Both the position numbers and the translations under genes were made by a program. From the NCBI GenBank assembly GCA_964535955.1, contig CAZHVK010000005.1, positions 1 to 63,984 on the forward strand: a DNA stretch of 63,984 nt, in the 5' to 3' direction. Positions 60,201 through 63,984 of the stretch are shown here, piece by piece. Below the pieces are notes generated by a model that saw nothing but the letters and a program-made list of their open reading frames with translations, was not told where the DNA came from and ran no database searches. Position 1 is the stretch's first letter. Each line of letters begins with the position of its first letter. The stretch is from an uncultured Methanosarcinales archaeon (GTDB lineage: Archaea > Nanobdellota > Nanobdellia > Woesearchaeales > CAXGTL01).

Positions 60201-63200
60201 CTTTGTAGATAGTGGTATGGATGATTGGACAATTATTAATAATAATTTTTCTAGCAATAAAGTTGGTGGTGGTATAGAAATTAATGGTGTTGATTCTGAT
60301 AGATATAATATTAGTTATAATCGTTTTGAAGAACAAGAATCTGGTAATGATCTTAAACTCAATGGTGATTATGGAACTGTATCTTATAATAATTTTACAA
60401 CTACTCGTGCACAATCAATTTTGTTTTCTAATTCACAATATACAACATTTGATAATAATATTATTGNNNNNNNNNNNNNNNNNNNNNNNNNNNNNNNNNN
60501 NNNNNNNNNNNNNNNNNNNNNNNNNNNNNNNNNNNNNNNNNNNNNNNNNNNNNNNNNNNNNNNNNNCACAATATACAACATTTGATAATAATATTATTGA
60601 TGGGCAATGTACTGCAGAAATATTGTATGTTGGTTCTGGATCTGGTTGGGGAATTATCACTAATAATGTGTTTAATGGAACTGCAAATACAGGAATGGGT
60701 ATTGAATTAGCTGGAGCTGATTATACTTTAATTGATAATAATAATTTTACGAATATTGGAAATGGGGGAGCTACTGATGGAGCAATATATACTGCAACAT
60801 TTTCTGCAACTACATACAATAATATAACTAATAATACTTTTGTTAATAATAATCTATATGCTATACATCTAGATGGAAGTGGAGATGATTTTAATATTAT
60901 TTGGAATAATAATTTTAAGATCAATCAAACTGCATTTTATATCAAAGATGATGCTTCAGGAAGTTTTTATAATTTATCAAGTTCTGGTAATTATTGGGAA
61001 AATTTTGATTGTGTTGATGGTGATCTTGATGGTCAATGTGATCATAATGTTACTGCTGATGATGGAAAAGTTGCAATTGATTATTATCCATATGTTAATG
61101 CATTTGGTTGGGAGCCTGATCTAAGTGCACCTGTAATTACTATATTAAACCCAAGTAATAATTCACAATTAGACAAAGATACAACATGGGAATGGGTAAA
61201 CATAACAACAAATGAACAAGCATATTGTCAGTATAATCTAAGTGATTCTGGATTTACATTTGGAACAGGTGGAACTAATTTTGATAGAATGAATTCTTCT
61301 TATCATTATTTGAATTATAGTAATTTTAGTGTTGGCATGATCAAAGGTGGAACATATACACTATACTATAAGTGTAATGATACAAGTGATAATATTAATT
61401 CTGATCCAGAAGTGCATTATTTTTATGTTGCTGCTGCACCAAACCTATCATTAAACCTTGCACCAAATCCTGTTGATCTAAATGATACTCTTTGGGCAAG
61501 TGGTAAGTTTAATCTAAGTACTGATGGAACAAATGTTACTAGTCAAGCAATAAAAATATATCTTGATAATGCTCTTGTTAATGTAACTAGTGGTGCTGAT
61601 GCTTGGTGGAATTCTAGTTTTGATTATAGAAAAGAAATCAATGTTTCTGAAAATAATAATACTAATTTTGAAGATATACAAGTAGAAATAACTGTTGATA
61701 CAACTGACATGGTTACTGATGGTAAGTTGCAAAGTGATTGTGATGATGTAAGGTTTATTTATAATCATAGTATTGAATATGAATATTATCTTGAAAATGA
61801 ATCTACTTGTAATACAGCTGGCACAGTGTTCTGGGTTAAGATGAATCTAACAGCTAATCTTAATAATACAATATTTATGTATTATGATAATGACAATACT
61901 GGTAATAAGAGTAATGTAAGTGCTGTGTTTGAATTTTATGATGATTTTAATGGTGCTGAAGTTGATGCTGATAAATGGAATATTGAAAATCAAGGAGCTG
62001 GTGATGCAAAAACATATAATAGTCAATTAATAATAAATTCATCTGGTGATTGGTGGGGTAGTGCTGATACTTCAACATATGTTGTGACAAAACAAAATTT
62101 TACAGATGATTTTATTTATGAAGTTTATGTTATGTATAATGGTGTTCCTAGTGGAGCTTCAAATACTTGGCCAAGATTCTTAGGTTTAAGATCAAGTAAT
62201 AAAACAAATTCAAGAACATTTTTTATGCTTGGTGATTCTGATAATTCACATTGGAATGGTGGTTGGAGACTAACTGATGGAGGAACTTCTGCATCTGACT
62301 CTGATAATACTGGTGCTGCTAATCCTGGTAATAATTCAATAGTTAGGTTTGAGAAATTTGGTGATGCTACTGTTAGATATCTTGTTGATGGAAGTTTGTC
62401 TGGTACAAAAGAACAAGCTAGCTGGTCATTAACACATGTTGCATTAACACAAACAGAAGGTAATCCTAAAAATTCAATATTTGAATGGGCAAGGGTTAGA
62501 AAATACTCAGGTGTTGAGCCAACAGAATCAGTTGGGTCTGAAGAAGGTTATACACAAACAGATTCAGCAGGTGAATATAATTATTCATTTGTTGTGCCAT
62601 CTGTAGGAGGAACATATACTGTGATGGTTAATGGCAGTTATAATGGTTATGATGTTTCTGATTCACAGTCATTGACTGTTCAAGCACCTGCAGAACCTGC
62701 TGGAAGAGGTGGTTTTGATATTGAAAACTGTACTACATTGAGTACTCCTGGTGAAAATTATTATCTAAATAGATCAATCATTAATACTGCGAGTGCAAAA
62801 TGTATGAATATTACTGCTGAAAATGTTACACTTAATTGTCAAGGATTTGTGATTGGTGGAAGAAGTACTGCTAATACTTATGGTGTTTATGGTGTTACAT
62901 CTAATGTAAGTATTATAAATTGTTCAATAACAAAGTTCAATCGTGGTATTTATGTTGATAATAGTAGTGATAATTGGTTGTTTAAGGAAAATAATATTTC
63001 ACATAATTATCAAATGGGTATTCATTTTGAAGATACTGGTTGTGATAATCATAATATAACACATAATGTGTTTGTTAATAATACGCACCCAACTAGTGGA
63101 ACTGAATGGGATATTTATTTTGATGGAGATGGATCAAATAACACAATTTCTTATAATAATTTTTCAAGCAAGAATTATGTAAATATTCAGATACAAGGTA

Positions 63201-63984
63201 AGTCTGATCATAATGTTATTGATAGCAATAGATTCTATATTGCTGAAACTCATCATTTGTTTTTGGATGATGTGAGTGCAATTTCTACATGGAGTACTAT
63301 TAAAAATAATTTGTTTAATGGAAGTCAAAATTGGGCAGTCTATATAGAAGATGCTGATTATATGTTGGTCGAAAATAATAATTTTACTAATAATGGAAAT
63401 GCTGCAAATGAAGGATCAATATATCTAACAGCAGGAGCAACTTATAATAATGTAACTAATAATACATTTCATGCTAGTTCTAATTATGCTATTTATTTTG
63501 CTAGTGCTGGTGATGATAATAATAATGTGTGGAAAAATAAATTTTATGATAAGGGTATACTTGATGCGTCTGGAGGAGATAATGATTATTGTCCTGCTGA
63601 TTATGGGTATGGTAATTATTATGATCTGAATAATAGTTATTATACTATTTCGAATTTTGCAAGTGCATCAGTTTTAATAAGGCCTGATACTGATTGTGGG
63701 CCAACACCTAATGCTAATACAATTGTTGTTAATACATCTGCTGTTGATTCTTGGTCATTTGGTGGAACAAGTGCTGTGTATAATACTATTAACAAAGGTT
63801 TAGGAAATGTGCAACCTGGTGATAGGGTAAATGTAACAACTAATTCAAGTGAGACACAATCCAATGTACCAGATTCATATGTAGGATTAGCAATATATAC
63901 TCCGAATATTACTTTGGATTGTGGTGGTGCAAACATATCAGGAGCTAATAGTGGAGCAGGATTATATTCATTAAAAGATAATTG
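54259..63984 (+). CDS. Giant surface protein (about 3,200 aa to the window edge, 3'-truncated): basic N-tail, TM, carbohydrate-binding-like domains, two FG-GAP/VCBS propeller + FN3 units, right-handed beta-helices, DUF2341
   Basis: GDINNDGWLDL repeats; WSGA.D...LYYNLRVGT FN3; NITLNCQG/NNNF beta-helix; WWNSSFDYRKEI...SDCDDVRF...RVRKY; frame continues if the 33-nt overlap across the N-gap is merged. Confidence 0.85.
54385..54600 (+). repeat. Four 54-bp tandem repeats encoding RVKKIKTNTKNRINNGKA-like units
   Basis: Read directly; near-identical at DNA level. Confidence 0.9.
60467..60566. other. Scaffold gap (100 N) flanked by an identical 33-mer
   Basis: CACAATATACAACATTTGATAATAATATTATTG at 60434-60466 and 60567-60599. 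Confidence 0.95.

Overview
AT-rich archaeal chromosome segment. The gene content suggests a DPANN archaeon, probably Woesearchaeota/Nanobdellota (inference): AMP phosphorylase, type II MetAP, deoxyhypusine synthase, BHB-intron tRNAs, OapABC, archaeal TATA promoters, plus bacterial-type AspRS and TGT. The window holds many translation genes (hisS, glyS, aspS, asnS, gatCAB, ybaK, map, ychF, thiI, tgt, dhs) and three clear tRNAs: His, plus Phe and Asn with two introns each. It also holds a second, non-canonical tRNA-His-like fold behind a structured RNA, an intein-containing VirB11/TadA-type ATPase with its membrane platform and five uncharacterised flanking genes, an oxidative-stress/metal cluster, and a divergent pair of orphan receiver-domain proteins. 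At the right end an RHH regulator with an operator-like repeat array precedes a giant surface protein (about 3,200 aa before the window ends) with a polycationic N-terminal tail. The most unusual signal is a recurring leader design ahead of ssb, a cupredoxin and gdh: a decoy SD+ATG, then an anti-start arm, then the true SD+ATG. A related GC-rich structured leader precedes dhs. All calls come from manual motif recognition; no database searches or folding programs were run.
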